Shown here in pieces: positions 1 to 7,990 of a DNA stretch of 64,000 nt. This DNA comes from Candidatus Falkowbacteria bacterium (GTDB lineage Bacteria; Patescibacteriota; Patescibacteriia; Patescibacteriales; UBA12465), in assembly GCA_037137655.1 (NCBI GenBank), contig JBAXJX010000002.1:101730-165729 (forward strand). The letters run 5' to 3'. The notes under the pieces were generated by a model. That model made no database searches, was not told where the DNA came from, and saw only the letters and a list, made by a program, of their open reading frames with translations. Within the stretch, counting starts at the first letter, position 1. Each line of letters starts with the position of its first letter. The translations under genes and the position numbers were made by a program.

Positions 1-1
1 T

Positions 2-274
2 GATTTAGATAATACTTTTAAAGATTGTTTAGATATTGCCAAAAAGAAAAATGCGGATTATGCCGATACCGACAATCCTTTTAAAAACTTTGAGATGTCA
101 GCTATAGTCGGAATTGATCCGGCACATGCTATATTGGTTCGTATCAGTGAAAAGTTAGCCCGCATTGGCGGCTTACTTGATCGCGCGGCTGTCGTAGAAG
201 ATGAAAAAATTGAAGACACTTTAGTGGATCTAATTAACTATTGTGCCATTCTAAAAGCATACTTAAAAAAATAA
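2..274 (+). CDS. C-terminal part of a DUF1599-like (nucleotide-modification-associated domain 1) protein; 5' end lies outside the window
   Basis: Open frame from the window edge to TAA 272-274. Translation reads ...KKKNADYADTDNPFKNFEMSAIVGIDPAHAILVRISEKLARIGGLL..., which resembles the DUF1599 pattern as I remember it. Not in the ORF track because it is truncated. Confidence 0.4.
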   Translation, partial: DLDNTFKDCLDIAKKKNADYADTDNPFKNFEMSAIVGIDPAHAILVRISEKLARIGGLLDRAAVVEDEKIEDTLVDLINYCAILKAYLKK

Positions 275-275
275 T

Positions 276-770
276 ATGATAAAACACAAAGAACAGCGTG
301 TTGGTATCTTGGTCGATGTTTCGAACATGTACCATTCCGCTAAAAATCTTTATAATCGCAAAGCGAATTTTAAAGAAATTCTAACTCAAGGTGTTGCTGG
401 CCGAAAATTAATTCGAGCCACCGCCTATGTTGTTACGACTGAAAACAAAGACGAAATGAACTTTTTTGAAGCTCTTAGTCAACAAGGATTTGAAGTTAAA
501 ATGAAAGACTTACAAATTTTTGCTGGTGGCGCTAAAAAGGGTGATTGGGATGTCGGTATCACAATCGATGCCATGAAATTAGCTGATAAACTCGATGTTA
601 TCGTGCTTGTTTCTGGTGATGGCGATTACTTGCCAGCCGTTTCTTATCTCCAAAACAACAAAGGTTGCTTGGTGGAAATTATGGCCTTCCGTAAAACCAC
701 TTCATCAAAATTAATTGAAGAAGCTGATGATTTTATTGACCTTGGTAGTAATAAAAAATTCTTAATATAG
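276..770 (+). CDS. NYN-domain (LabA/DUF88-like) putative RNase
   Basis: VGILVDVSNMYHSAKNLY at the N-terminus and VLVSGDGDYLPAV are typical of LabA-like NYN domains. The ATG lies 1 nt after the upstream stop. Confidence 0.8.
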   Translation: MIKHKEQRVGILVDVSNMYHSAKNLYNRKANFKEILTQGVAGRKLIRATAYVVTTENKDEMNFFEALSQQGFEVKMKDLQIFAGGAKKGDWDVGITIDAMKLADKLDVIVLVSGDGDYLPAVSYLQNNKGCLVEIMAFRKTTSSKLIEEADDFIDLGSNKKFLI

Positions 771-785
771 AAACTGCATTTCAAA

Positions 786-817
786 AACAAGCCTCACTTC
801 GAGGCTTGTTTTTTTGT
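786..817 (+). terminator. intrinsic terminator
   Basis: AACAAGCCTC / GAGGCTTGTT 10-bp stem, 5-nt loop, then a T7 run. Confidence 0.8.
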
Positions 818-906
818 GCAAAAAAAATTTGCTCAAAACAAAAAAGCTTGTTATATTAAAAGCGCAAAAATTGATCTTTAAAAATAAATCTTTAAAATTT
901 TAGGAA

Positions 907-1521
907 ATGAGGAAAGTAATTGAATTTACCAGAATTTTTATTTTACCGCACTGGCGCCAAATAATAAAAGGAGCCAATAGAATTTATCATGAAACTGACA
1001 ATAAACTGTTTAAAGTTACCACAAACAGTAAATGGACTGAGGAAATAATTATAATTGATCCTGGCACAGCCGATGATCACATTGGCCACCGAACTATAAT
1101 GGTAAAGTTTAAAGTTTCTCCCCAAAAAGATATTTTAGAAGTAGTCGGTGGTTTACCACAAAAATATCTCGGCGTGCAATTTTTCAAACATGAAGCCGCT
1201 AAAAGAGAAACTAAAAAAGCTAAAAAATTAATTCCTTCTAAAACAGAGTTTTATTATTTATTACAAAGAGACCTACGCGCTATTGGCCAAATCGCTTTTT
1301 TTCTTCAATTAGAAAATACCAAAACGCCATATCTCAAAGCTCTCTGTCCACCAAATAATAAAGCACTGGTTATGACTAATGACAATTGTTTTGCCTCCAA
1401 AACCCAACGTTATCCCGGATTAAAATTTAAAATTTTTATTCCTAGTAAAGAAGATTGCGAGAGTTGGGGTAATGACAATTGGTTCTTGCCGGTAATTTGC
1501 TACAAAGAAAAAAGATCTTAA
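907..1521 (+). CDS. hypothetical protein
   Basis: 204-aa ORF bounded by terminators on both sides. No motif recognised. Confidence 0.5.
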   Translation: MRKVIEFTRIFILPHWRQIIKGANRIYHETDNKLFKVTTNSKWTEEIIIIDPGTADDHIGHRTIMVKFKVSPQKDILEVVGGLPQKYLGVQFFKHEAAKRETKKAKKLIPSKTEFYYLLQRDLRAIGQIAFFLQLENTKTPYLKALCPPNNKALVMTNDNCFASKTQRYPGLKFKIFIPSKEDCESWGNDNWFLPVICYKEKRS

Positions 1522-1528
1522 ACCACGA

Positions 1529-1556
1529 AGTCCTGTTAAAAAACAGGACTTTTTTA
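1529..1556 (+). terminator. intrinsic terminator
   Basis: AGTCCTGTT / AACAGGACT stem, AAAA loop, T5 run. Confidence 0.8.
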
Positions 1557-1573
1557 TTTCAAAAATTTCACCA

Positions 1574-1605
1574 AATAAAAAAGCCGTTTCTTTGTGAAAC
1601 GGCTT
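1574..1605 (-). terminator. intrinsic terminator for the leftward gene 1617..2186
   Basis: AAGCCGTTTC / GAAACGGCTT stem. On the minus strand it is followed by a T-rich run (plus-strand AAATAAAAA). Confidence 0.65.
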
Positions 1606-1616
1606 ATAATAAAATT

Positions 1617-2186
1617 TTAAATTTGTTTTGTTCTACCATAAGGTTTAAAAACTCGCGGATGATTTCCGGGTGAGCCAAAACCGTGATACTCAAGGAGTCT
1701 AAAAACCACGATACGCAAACCAGTACTATCAGCAGATGGACGATCGTAAACATGAATAGAAAAAACATTCTCCCTATAATTTTGTTCGTCCAAAATTAAA
1801 TTTTCATCCTTTTTACAGAAAAACATAGTTGGCGTAATTCCCGGAGAAAAAAGATAAGAAAATGCTCGACATGCTTCTACAATTTGATGTTGTGATAAAA
1901 TTTTATCATTCATATCACCTGGCAACGCATTAAAAATGTCGAGTAAACTACTGCGACTCAACACTTCATAAATTCCAACGCCAGTTTCTCGTGTCGCAAC
2001 ACCACAACTTGTTAAACCAAACTCTTTAAAACACATATCAATTTCTGGAAAAATTTTATGAGAATTAAAAATAATCGTTTGACCATCTAACGCTGGTAAT
2101 TCTACATAAACATCTCGCCCCATTTCTCCATCACCATCATTAAATCTTCTCAAGACGCATTGCGCCTGATCACTAAGTGCTTTCAT
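1617..2186 (-). CDS. hypothetical protein, distant member of the shared C-terminal module family
   Basis: 189-aa ORF. The C-terminal half (IFNALPGDMNDKILSQHQIVEACRAF...FFCKKDEN...RIVVFRL) loosely parallels 2883..3545 and 26393..26920. Confidence 0.55.
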   Translation of the reverse strand: MKALSDQAQCVLRRFNDGDGEMGRDVYVELPALDGQTIIFNSHKIFPEIDMCFKEFGLTSCGVATRETGVGIYEVLSRSSLLDIFNALPGDMNDKILSQHQIVEACRAFSYLFSPGITPTMFFCKKDENLILDEQNYRENVFSIHVYDRPSADSTGLRIVVFRLLEYHGFGSPGNHPRVFKPYGRTKQI

Positions 2187-2206
2187 CTTCTTCTAATTTT
2201 ACAGGT

Positions 2207-2761
2207 TTAAAACATTTTGTTTTTAATTGCTAAAAAATAATAACTAGTTTCCCAATCACCATTATACCAAGCTAAATCTAATGAGCGCCCTAAATAATTA
2301 TTATTTATAAACGGCACACCAAAATGATTATTGCTACATTTAATAAGTGATCCTAGGGCCACAACTTCATGCGAGCTTTGTGGTGGAATCCCAACAACTT
2401 CATCAAAAGTTAATAATTCTAATAAAGTCGCTGGCCGATAACCAGCCGCCTTTATTTCCGCTAAAATTAAATCGCTACCCAACTCCACACTAAAGTGAAA
2501 TAAGCGCGCCAAAACTTTAACATTATCTTTTTTTGTTTTGCCATCTTCACAACAGCTTCTAACAGCTAGCTCACTATCCACAAAATCATATTTTCCAAAA
2601 ATAATTATGTCATTAACAGTTCGACTATAATTAATTGTAAAAATAATATTTTGCACTGTGAAAATTGTGCCACCATAGTTTTCGTCGGTTTTTTGGAAAT
2701 CCGACTGAGCTCGAGTCATAAAACTCGCCCCCAATAATAACAACAAAGTTATTTTTCTCAT
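2207..2761 (-). CDS. secreted hypothetical protein
   Basis: N-terminal Sec-type signal MRKITLLLLLGASFMTRAQS. The C-terminus reads PATLLELLTF...VVALGS...GVPF...GRSLDLAWYNGDWETSYYFLAIK. No known family recognised. Confidence 0.6.
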   Translation of the reverse strand: MRKITLLLLLGASFMTRAQSDFQKTDENYGGTIFTVQNIIFTINYSRTVNDIIIFGKYDFVDSELAVRSCCEDGKTKKDNVKVLARLFHFSVELGSDLILAEIKAAGYRPATLLELLTFDEVVGIPPQSSHEVVALGSLIKCSNNHFGVPFINNNYLGRSLDLAWYNGDWETSYYFLAIKNKMF

Positions 2762-2882
2762 ATCTTATATATTTTTAATGAACGACTAAATTTCTTATCC
2801 CTCACCTTATAATTAGATAGGTGTTTTGTCAAATAAAAAACCCGCTTCATTATTGAAACGGGGATTTTTTGTTTTTGAAATT

Positions 2883-3545
2883 TTAAACTTTAATACCTAT
2901 TCTATTTGGAACAACCACGTGATGCAAGTCAGTGGCAAACAAAACCACTTCATCAATAAAACGACGAACAAACACATAGAGACCACCGGAATCTACGCAC
3001 ACACCAACCACAAAATATTCATTATCTTTTTTGATTAGAAAAATTGTTGATTTTCCATCACCACCTTGACGTAAGCGATTTGGATATTTTTCACAAAAAC
3101 AAATAATTTGGGCTTGGGTCATTACCAATTTATCCAAATCACTGTTTAAAGAATTAAACACTTCAACAAATTTAGCATCCACTGTTAATTCGAATTCGTA
3201 AACGAATGTTTCTTTCGTAGGTTGATTATTATTGTTTAATCTAAATTTTTTAAAATCCGGATCAATGCCACCTTTAAATATTTCACTGGAATCATAGATT
3301 TTACGTTTACCATCAGTGGCTTCAATTAGTGCTTTTTCAACCATAAATGCGGACAAAAAGATAAACAAGTTGTTTTTCTGATTTTCAACAGGAGCTAAAG
3401 CTTCATTTAAAACTTTTTTTAGAGCTTTCGGATTTTCAATCCAGCCTTGCATCACATCAGAACTAATTTCCGGTAAGCAAGTTGCCACGGTCGCGATAAA
3501 TCTCGCGGTGTGCGCATCATAGGTATTCGCATTTTTAGTTTTCAT
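2883..3545 (-). CDS. hypothetical protein, clear paralog of 26393..26920 in its C-terminal ~110 aa
   Basis: VMTQAQIICFCEKYPNRLRQ...TIFLIKKDNEYFVV...HHVVVP aligns with VTPAQIVRFCEKYPEKLGQ...NIFLIKENEKHVVV...YHIFVP. Confidence 0.65.
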   Translation of the reverse strand: MKTKNANTYDAHTARFIATVATCLPEISSDVMQGWIENPKALKKVLNEALAPVENQKNNLFIFLSAFMVEKALIEATDGKRKIYDSSEIFKGGIDPDFKKFRLNNNNQPTKETFVYEFELTVDAKFVEVFNSLNSDLDKLVMTQAQIICFCEKYPNRLRQGGDGKSTIFLIKKDNEYFVVGVCVDSGGLYVFVRRFIDEVVLFATDLHHVVVPNRIGIKV

Positions 3546-3604
3546 GCGTTTTTTCCTTTCTTTTTTTTAAATAACATTTTTGCTAATTCAACCGAGCAAA
3601 GCGG

Positions 3605-3626
3605 ATAATAATCCCGGGATTATTAT
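3605..3626. repeat. perfect 22-nt palindrome ATAATAATCCCGGGATTATTAT
   Basis: Read directly from the sequence. It lies in the divergent intergenic region between 2883..3545 (-) and pnp (+), about 170 nt upstream of the pnp ATG. Confidence 0.9.
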
Positions 3627-3795
3627 GAATTATATTTATCATGTATTGGAGTAATTGTCAACACTTCATACCTTTACAAATCCAAAAAAACATTATATAC
3701 TAGCCTTGTTTTACAATAAACTGTTTGACCGCCGGATACATAGCACTGTTAGAATGATCTACAGTCTTATAATCTGTCGGCCAAACTCAAAAATT

Positions 3796-6072
3796 ATGCA
3801 AAATAACGAAAAAATCGTTAGCGGCGAGTGGTTAGGCCGAACTCTAACCTTTAAAACTGGTAAATTAGCTAAACAAGCTGATGCGGCCGTTTTAGTACAA
3901 TATGGCGAAACTATCGTTCTAGCAACAGTAGTAGAAGCCAAAACTGAGCGTGATGGTGTAAATTTCTTCCCACTTATGGTGGAATTTGAAGAAAAATTAT
4001 ACGCCGCCGGCATTATTAAAGGCTCTCGTTGGGTTAAACGTGAAGGTCGTCCAACTGATCAATCTGTTTTGACTGGTCGTATGATTGACCGTTCAATTCG
4101 CCCACTTTTTGACCAAAAATCAAAGAAAGATGTCCAAGTTATCACTACTGTTTTATCAGTTGATGGTGTTAACGATTACGATGTTGTAGCTTTAGTAGCT
4201 GCTTCAGCTGTTTTAAGCATCTCTGGTATTAAATGGGATGGCCCAATTGGAGGCATCCGCGTTGGCTTAGTGAACGATGAGATGGTTTTTAATCCAACTT
4301 ACGAACAACAAGCACTTAGCTCTTTAGATTTGATTGTAGCCGGTACTGATAAAAAGGTTATCATGATTGAAGCTGGTGCTAACGAAATTCCTGAAGATAA
4401 AGTTTTGGCCGCTATTATTGCCGGTCAACGCGAAGTTCAAGGTGCTATTAATTTAATCAAAGAATTACAAGCAACTGTTGGTGTTAAAACTAAAACAGCT
4501 ACCGAAAAGTTAGTAAGCACAATCGAAGCTGAAGCTAAAGCTGTTAAAGATGAATTATTAGCTGTGGGTGAAAAATGGTTAAATGAAAATATTAAAACTC
4601 ATTTATTCGATAAAACTTATTATACAAAAAACGAAAGAAAAGCAGCTGTTTATGTTATTAAACAAAATTTAGATGCTTATCTTTTCGCTCAAAATGTCGA
4701 AAAAGCTAATCGCGATTACGTTATTAAATCTTTGGCCGAAGATATGATCGAGGCTGAAGTGACTCGCGCGATTTTAGAAGAAGGTCGTCGTGTTGACGGT
4801 CGTGCTATGAATGAAATTCGTGATTTATCAGCTGATACCGGCTTTTTACCACGTAATCATGGTACTGGTTTATTCTCTCGTGGTGAAACTCAAGTTATGT
4901 CGATCGTCACTTTAGGTGCTCCAGGACTTGAACAAACATTAGAAGGCTTGGAAGGTGTTGTTAAAAAACGCTACATGCATCATTACAACTTCCCACCATA
5001 CTCCGTAGGTGAAGCTAGTCCACTTCGTGGTACTGGTCGTCGTGAAATTGGCCATGGCGCTTTAGCTGAAAAAGCTTTAATTCCAGTATTACCATCAAAA
5101 GAAGAATTCCCTTACACAATTCGCGTGGTTTCTGAAACTTTAGGTTCTAATGGTTCATCTTCTATGGGTTCTACTTGTGGTTCAACTCTAGCTTTAATGG
5201 ATGCTGGTGTTCCAATCAAAAAACACGTTGTTGGTATTGCCATGGGTCTAGCTTCAAACGCTGACATGTCAAAATGGCAAGTTTTAACCGATATTCAAGA
5301 TTTAGAAGATGGTAACGGTGGTATGGATTTCAAAATCACTGGTACTGACGCCGGCTTAACCGCTATTCAATTGGATACTAAAACTACTGGTTTAACAGAA
5401 GAAATTATGAAAATAACTTTTTCTCAAGGCCGTGTTGCTTTAAACCAAATTTTAGAAGTACTTAAGGCTGATATTGCTGGTCCAAAACCAGAATTATCTA
5501 AATATGCTCCACGTATTTTAACTGTTAAAATTGATCCAGAAAAAATCGGAGCCGTTATTGGTTCTGGTGGTAAAACTATTAACAAGTTAGTAGACGAATT
5601 CGAAGTTACTATTGATATTGATGATGATGGTTTAGTGATGATTTGTGGTGTTGATGCTGCTAAATGTGCTTTAGCTAAAAAAGCCGTGGAAGATATCGTT
5701 CACGAATTTGTCGCTGGTGAAATTTACACTGGTAAAGTTACCAGATTAATGGATTTCGGTGCTTTTGTAGAATTAGTAGCTGGCAATGAAGGTTTAGTTC
5801 ACGTTAGTGAAATGGCACCTTACCGTGTTAGTCGCCCAAGTGATTTCTTAACTGTCGGTGATAAAGTTACCGTTAGAATCAAAGAGATCGATGATCAACA
5901 TCGCGTTAATCTAACCATGAAAGGTCAAGATGAAAATCAACATTTATGGAAAGATGAAAAAGGTAAGATGAGTGCTGAGGCTTCATCTGACGGCGGTCGT
6001 GGCGGATTTGGTGGTCGCAGCAACTTTAGTCGTGGCGGAAACGATTCTCGCCCAAGTCGTCCAAGATACTAA
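3796..6072 (+). CDS. pnp: polyribonucleotide nucleotidyltransferase (PNPase)
   Basis: Two RNase-PH-like halves (NGSSSMGSTCGSTLALMDAGVP), a KH motif (GAVIGSGGKTIN) and an S1 domain (GEIYTGKVTRLMDFGAFVEL). Start moved from TTG 3655 to ATG 3796 (MQNNEKIVSGEW). The C-terminus has an RGG-rich tail. Confidence 0.95.
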   Translation: MQNNEKIVSGEWLGRTLTFKTGKLAKQADAAVLVQYGETIVLATVVEAKTERDGVNFFPLMVEFEEKLYAAGIIKGSRWVKREGRPTDQSVLTGRMIDRSIRPLFDQKSKKDVQVITTVLSVDGVNDYDVVALVAASAVLSISGIKWDGPIGGIRVGLVNDEMVFNPTYEQQALSSLDLIVAGTDKKVIMIEAGANEIPEDKVLAAIIAGQREVQGAINLIKELQATVGVKTKTATEKLVSTIEAEAKAVKDELLAVGEKWLNENIKTHLFDKTYYTKNERKAAVYVIKQNLDAYLFAQNVEKANRDYVIKSLAEDMIEAEVTRAILEEGRRVDGRAMNEIRDLSADTGFLPRNHGTGLFSRGETQVMSIVTLGAPGLEQTLEGLEGVVKKRYMHHYNFPPYSVGEASPLRGTGRREIGHGALAEKALIPVLPSKEEFPYTIRVVSETLGSNGSSSMGSTCGSTLALMDAGVPIKKHVVGIAMGLASNADMSKWQVLTDIQDLEDGNGGMDFKITGTDAGLTAIQLDTKTTGLTEEIMKITFSQGRVALNQILEVLKADIAGPKPELSKYAPRILTVKIDPEKIGAVIGSGGKTINKLVDEFEVTIDIDDDGLVMICGVDAAKCALAKKAVEDIVHEFVAGEIYTGKVTRLMDFGAFVELVAGNEGLVHVSEMAPYRVSRPSDFLTVGDKVTVRIKEIDDQHRVNLTMKGQDENQHLWKDEKGKMSAEASSDGGRGGFGGRSNFSRGGNDSRPSRPRY

Positions 6073-6078
6073 TTACTA

Positions 6079-6107
6079 TTGACTTTAAACGATGTTTAAG
6101 TTAATAT
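6079..6107 (+). promoter_or_regulatory. sigma70-type promoter for rpsP
   Basis: TTGACT, 17-nt spacer, TAATAT. Confidence 0.6.
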
Positions 6108-6142
6108 TTTGATAAATTAAAATTAAGAAATTAAGAAAAACT

Positions 6143-6592
6143 ATGTTAACAATCAGATTGTCACAAGTTGGAAAGAAAAACCGCAAGATGTATCGCCTAA
6201 TTATCTCCGAAAAGAGCCGCGATCCATACGGAACTTCTTTGGAAATTTTAGGATCATATAACCCACATTCTAAAGAGTTACAGGTTAAAGGTGATCGCGT
6301 TAATTACTGGATTAGCCAAGGTGCTGGTATGTCCGACACTGCTAATAATTTATTAGTAGAAAAGAATATCATCAAAGGTGAAAAAGTTAAAAACTCTAGC
6401 ATTTCCAAGAAACGTTTAGTAAAAATTGAAAAAGATAAAGAAGTAAAAGCGAAGGCTAAGTCTGACGCTGATGCTAAGGCGAAAGCTGCTGCTGAGGCTG
6501 CTGAACTTGCTGCTGCCGAAGCGAAAGCTGCTGCTGAGGCTCCAGTCGTTGAAGAGGTAAAAAGCGAAGAAACTCCAGCTGAAGTTGCATAA
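6143..6592 (+). CDS. rpsP: 30S ribosomal protein S16 with Ala/Lys/Glu-rich C-terminal extension
   Basis: MLTIRLSQVGKKNRKMYRLIISEKSRDPYG...GSYNP matches the S16 core. About 60 extra residues follow (KAKSDADAKAKAAAEAAELAAAEAKAAAEA). Confidence 0.95.
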   Translation: MLTIRLSQVGKKNRKMYRLIISEKSRDPYGTSLEILGSYNPHSKELQVKGDRVNYWISQGAGMSDTANNLLVEKNIIKGEKVKNSSISKKRLVKIEKDKEVKAKAKSDADAKAKAAAEAAELAAAEAKAAAEAPVVEEVKSEETPAEVA

Positions 6593-6598
6593 TAACAA

Positions 6599-6626
6599 TT
6601 GACTTAAAAAAGGGTTCTGTTATAAT
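6599..6626 (+). promoter_or_regulatory. sigma70-type promoter
   Basis: TTGACT, 16-nt spacer, TATAAT. Confidence 0.6.
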
Positions 6627-6730
6627 AGAAGCAAGTTTGTATTATAAATTACAAACGGAAAATTAATAAAATTTCTTGCAATTTTGATAGACATTTTAAA
6701 TAATCCGTCAATTTGTTGGAAAAAAATCGT

Positions 6731-7114
6731 ATGAAAGACATAGAATTTTTAGAAATGATTGTAAAAGCCATTGTCTCTAATCCAGAGGCTGTTTCCGTAG
6801 AAAGAGTAGTGGACGAAATGGGAGTTCTTTTGAACTTGAAGATCGATCCAACTGACATGGGTTATGTTATTGGCCGTCGTGGTCAAACTGCACAAGCTAT
6901 CCGCACTCTATTAAAGATTGTTGGTGCTAAAAACAACTCACGTGTTAACTTAAAAATCTACGATCCTAATGCTGGCAACAGACCGATGCGAACTGAACAA
7001 CGTCGTGATGACAGACATGATGACGCTAGACATGAAGTTAGACACGAAGTGAGACATGAAAATGTTATCCACGAAGACGTTGACACTTCAGCTATCGACG
7101 ATTTAAAAATTTAA
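6731..7114 (+). CDS. KH-domain RNA-binding protein (YlqC/UPF0109-like) with His/Arg/Asp/Glu repeat tail
   Basis: VIGRRGQTAQAIRTLLKIV is a KH GXXG-type core, and the gene sits in the classical position between rpsP and trmD. Start set to ATG 6731. The tail reads RRDDRHDDARHEVRHEVRHENVIHED. Confidence 0.85.
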   Translation: MKDIEFLEMIVKAIVSNPEAVSVERVVDEMGVLLNLKIDPTDMGYVIGRRGQTAQAIRTLLKIVGAKNNSRVNLKIYDPNAGNRPMRTEQRRDDRHDDARHEVRHEVRHENVIHEDVDTSAIDDLKI

Positions 7115-7140
7115 TTTTTTAAAATCAAAATATATAATAA

Positions 7141-7171
7141 AAACCACATCACAAATGTGGTTTTTATTTTT
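7141..7171 (+). terminator. intrinsic terminator
   Basis: AAACCACAT / ATGTGGTTT stem followed by TTATTTTTT. Confidence 0.75.
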
Positions 7172-7221
7172 TAGCAAAACTGTGTTATTATAAGTTTAAA
7201 TTAAACTTTACAAACAATTAT

Positions 7222-7884
7222 ATGAAATTCAACATCATCACTATTTTTCCCAAGTTACTCGACTCTTATTTCTCAGAGGGGATGATGGCGCGGGCGCTAA
7301 AAAACAAAATTATCGAGTTAAAAACCACAAATTTACGTGATTTTACTGATGATAAACACCAAAGTGTAGATGATACGCCATATGGCGGTGGCGCCGGTAT
7401 GCTTATGAAAGTAGAACCAATTTATAAGGCTCTTAAAAAAATCGCACCACGCCAAAATAAAAATCGCAAAATCATCCTACTATCAGCCCAGGGACAAAAA
7501 TGGAATCAACAATTAGCTAAAAAATATTCCAAACTTGATGAGTTGATTTTTATTTGCGGTCGCTATGAAGGCGTAGATGAAAGAGTTAAAAAAATTATTG
7601 ACGAAGAAATCTCCATTGGTGATTTTGTTCTAACTGGTGGCGAACTTGGCGCCGCCATTATTATTGATTCAGTAGCCCGATTATTACCAGAGGTTTTAGG
7701 CAATATTGAGAGTAGTGTGGACGAGTCTCATTCACAACCTGGCATCTTGGAATACCCCCAATATACCAAACCAGTTGAAATTACTTTAAATAAAAAGAAA
7801 TATAAAGTACCAGAAGTTTTACTCTCCGGTCATCATAAAAACATTGCCGCTTGGCGCGAAAAACAGAAAAAAACCAATAAATAA
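7222..7884 (+). CDS. trmD: tRNA (guanine37-N1)-methyltransferase
   Basis: FNIITIFPKLLDSYF, DDTPYGGGAGMLMKVEP, GRYEGVDERV and LTGGELGA are TrmD hallmarks. Confidence 0.95.
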   Translation: MKFNIITIFPKLLDSYFSEGMMARALKNKIIELKTTNLRDFTDDKHQSVDDTPYGGGAGMLMKVEPIYKALKKIAPRQNKNRKIILLSAQGQKWNQQLAKKYSKLDELIFICGRYEGVDERVKKIIDEEISIGDFVLTGGELGAAIIIDSVARLLPEVLGNIESSVDESHSQPGILEYPQYTKPVEITLNKKKYKVPEVLLSGHHKNIAAWREKQKKTNK

Positions 7885-7904
7885 CTACAACCATCTCCAC
7901 GCTA

Positions 7905-7933
7905 TTGACTTTTTCCAATAAACGTGATATAAT
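7905..7933 (+). promoter_or_regulatory. near-consensus sigma70 promoter
   Basis: TTGACT, 17-nt spacer, TATAAT. Confidence 0.7.
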
Positions 7934-7990
7934 TATTCTTATTCATTAACAATTAAATATTCACTAGTACTCACCAATAAATCAGATATC

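Noticed and set aside
943-1125. Short antisense and overlapping ORFs in the six-frame track. Examples: 943-1125, 3759-4013, 6416-6598, 9397-9705, 10834-11121, 12593-12904, 13199-13530, 13781-14110, 14791-14991, 15306-15584, 22073-22471, 24840-25127, 27449-27733, 36885-37223, 40028-40501, 47824-48054, 53889-54158, 63585-63812.
   Set aside because: Each lies inside a longer ORF on the opposite strand or in another frame, and that longer ORF has clear protein-family motifs. Their translations are low-complexity shadows (Ser/Leu/Phe/Ile rich), typical of AT-rich genomes.
3655-3795. Long N-terminal extensions suggested by the ORF track. Cases: pnp from TTG 3655, rubrerythrin from TTG 15939, KH protein from TTG 6713, SDR from 36766, Imm5-like from TTG 37515, nrnA from 11735, the pilin from 61607, and the anchored protein from 62163.
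   Set aside because: In each case the extra residues are non-homologous and overlap a neighbouring gene, promoter or hairpin. An internal ATG gives the canonical N-terminus.
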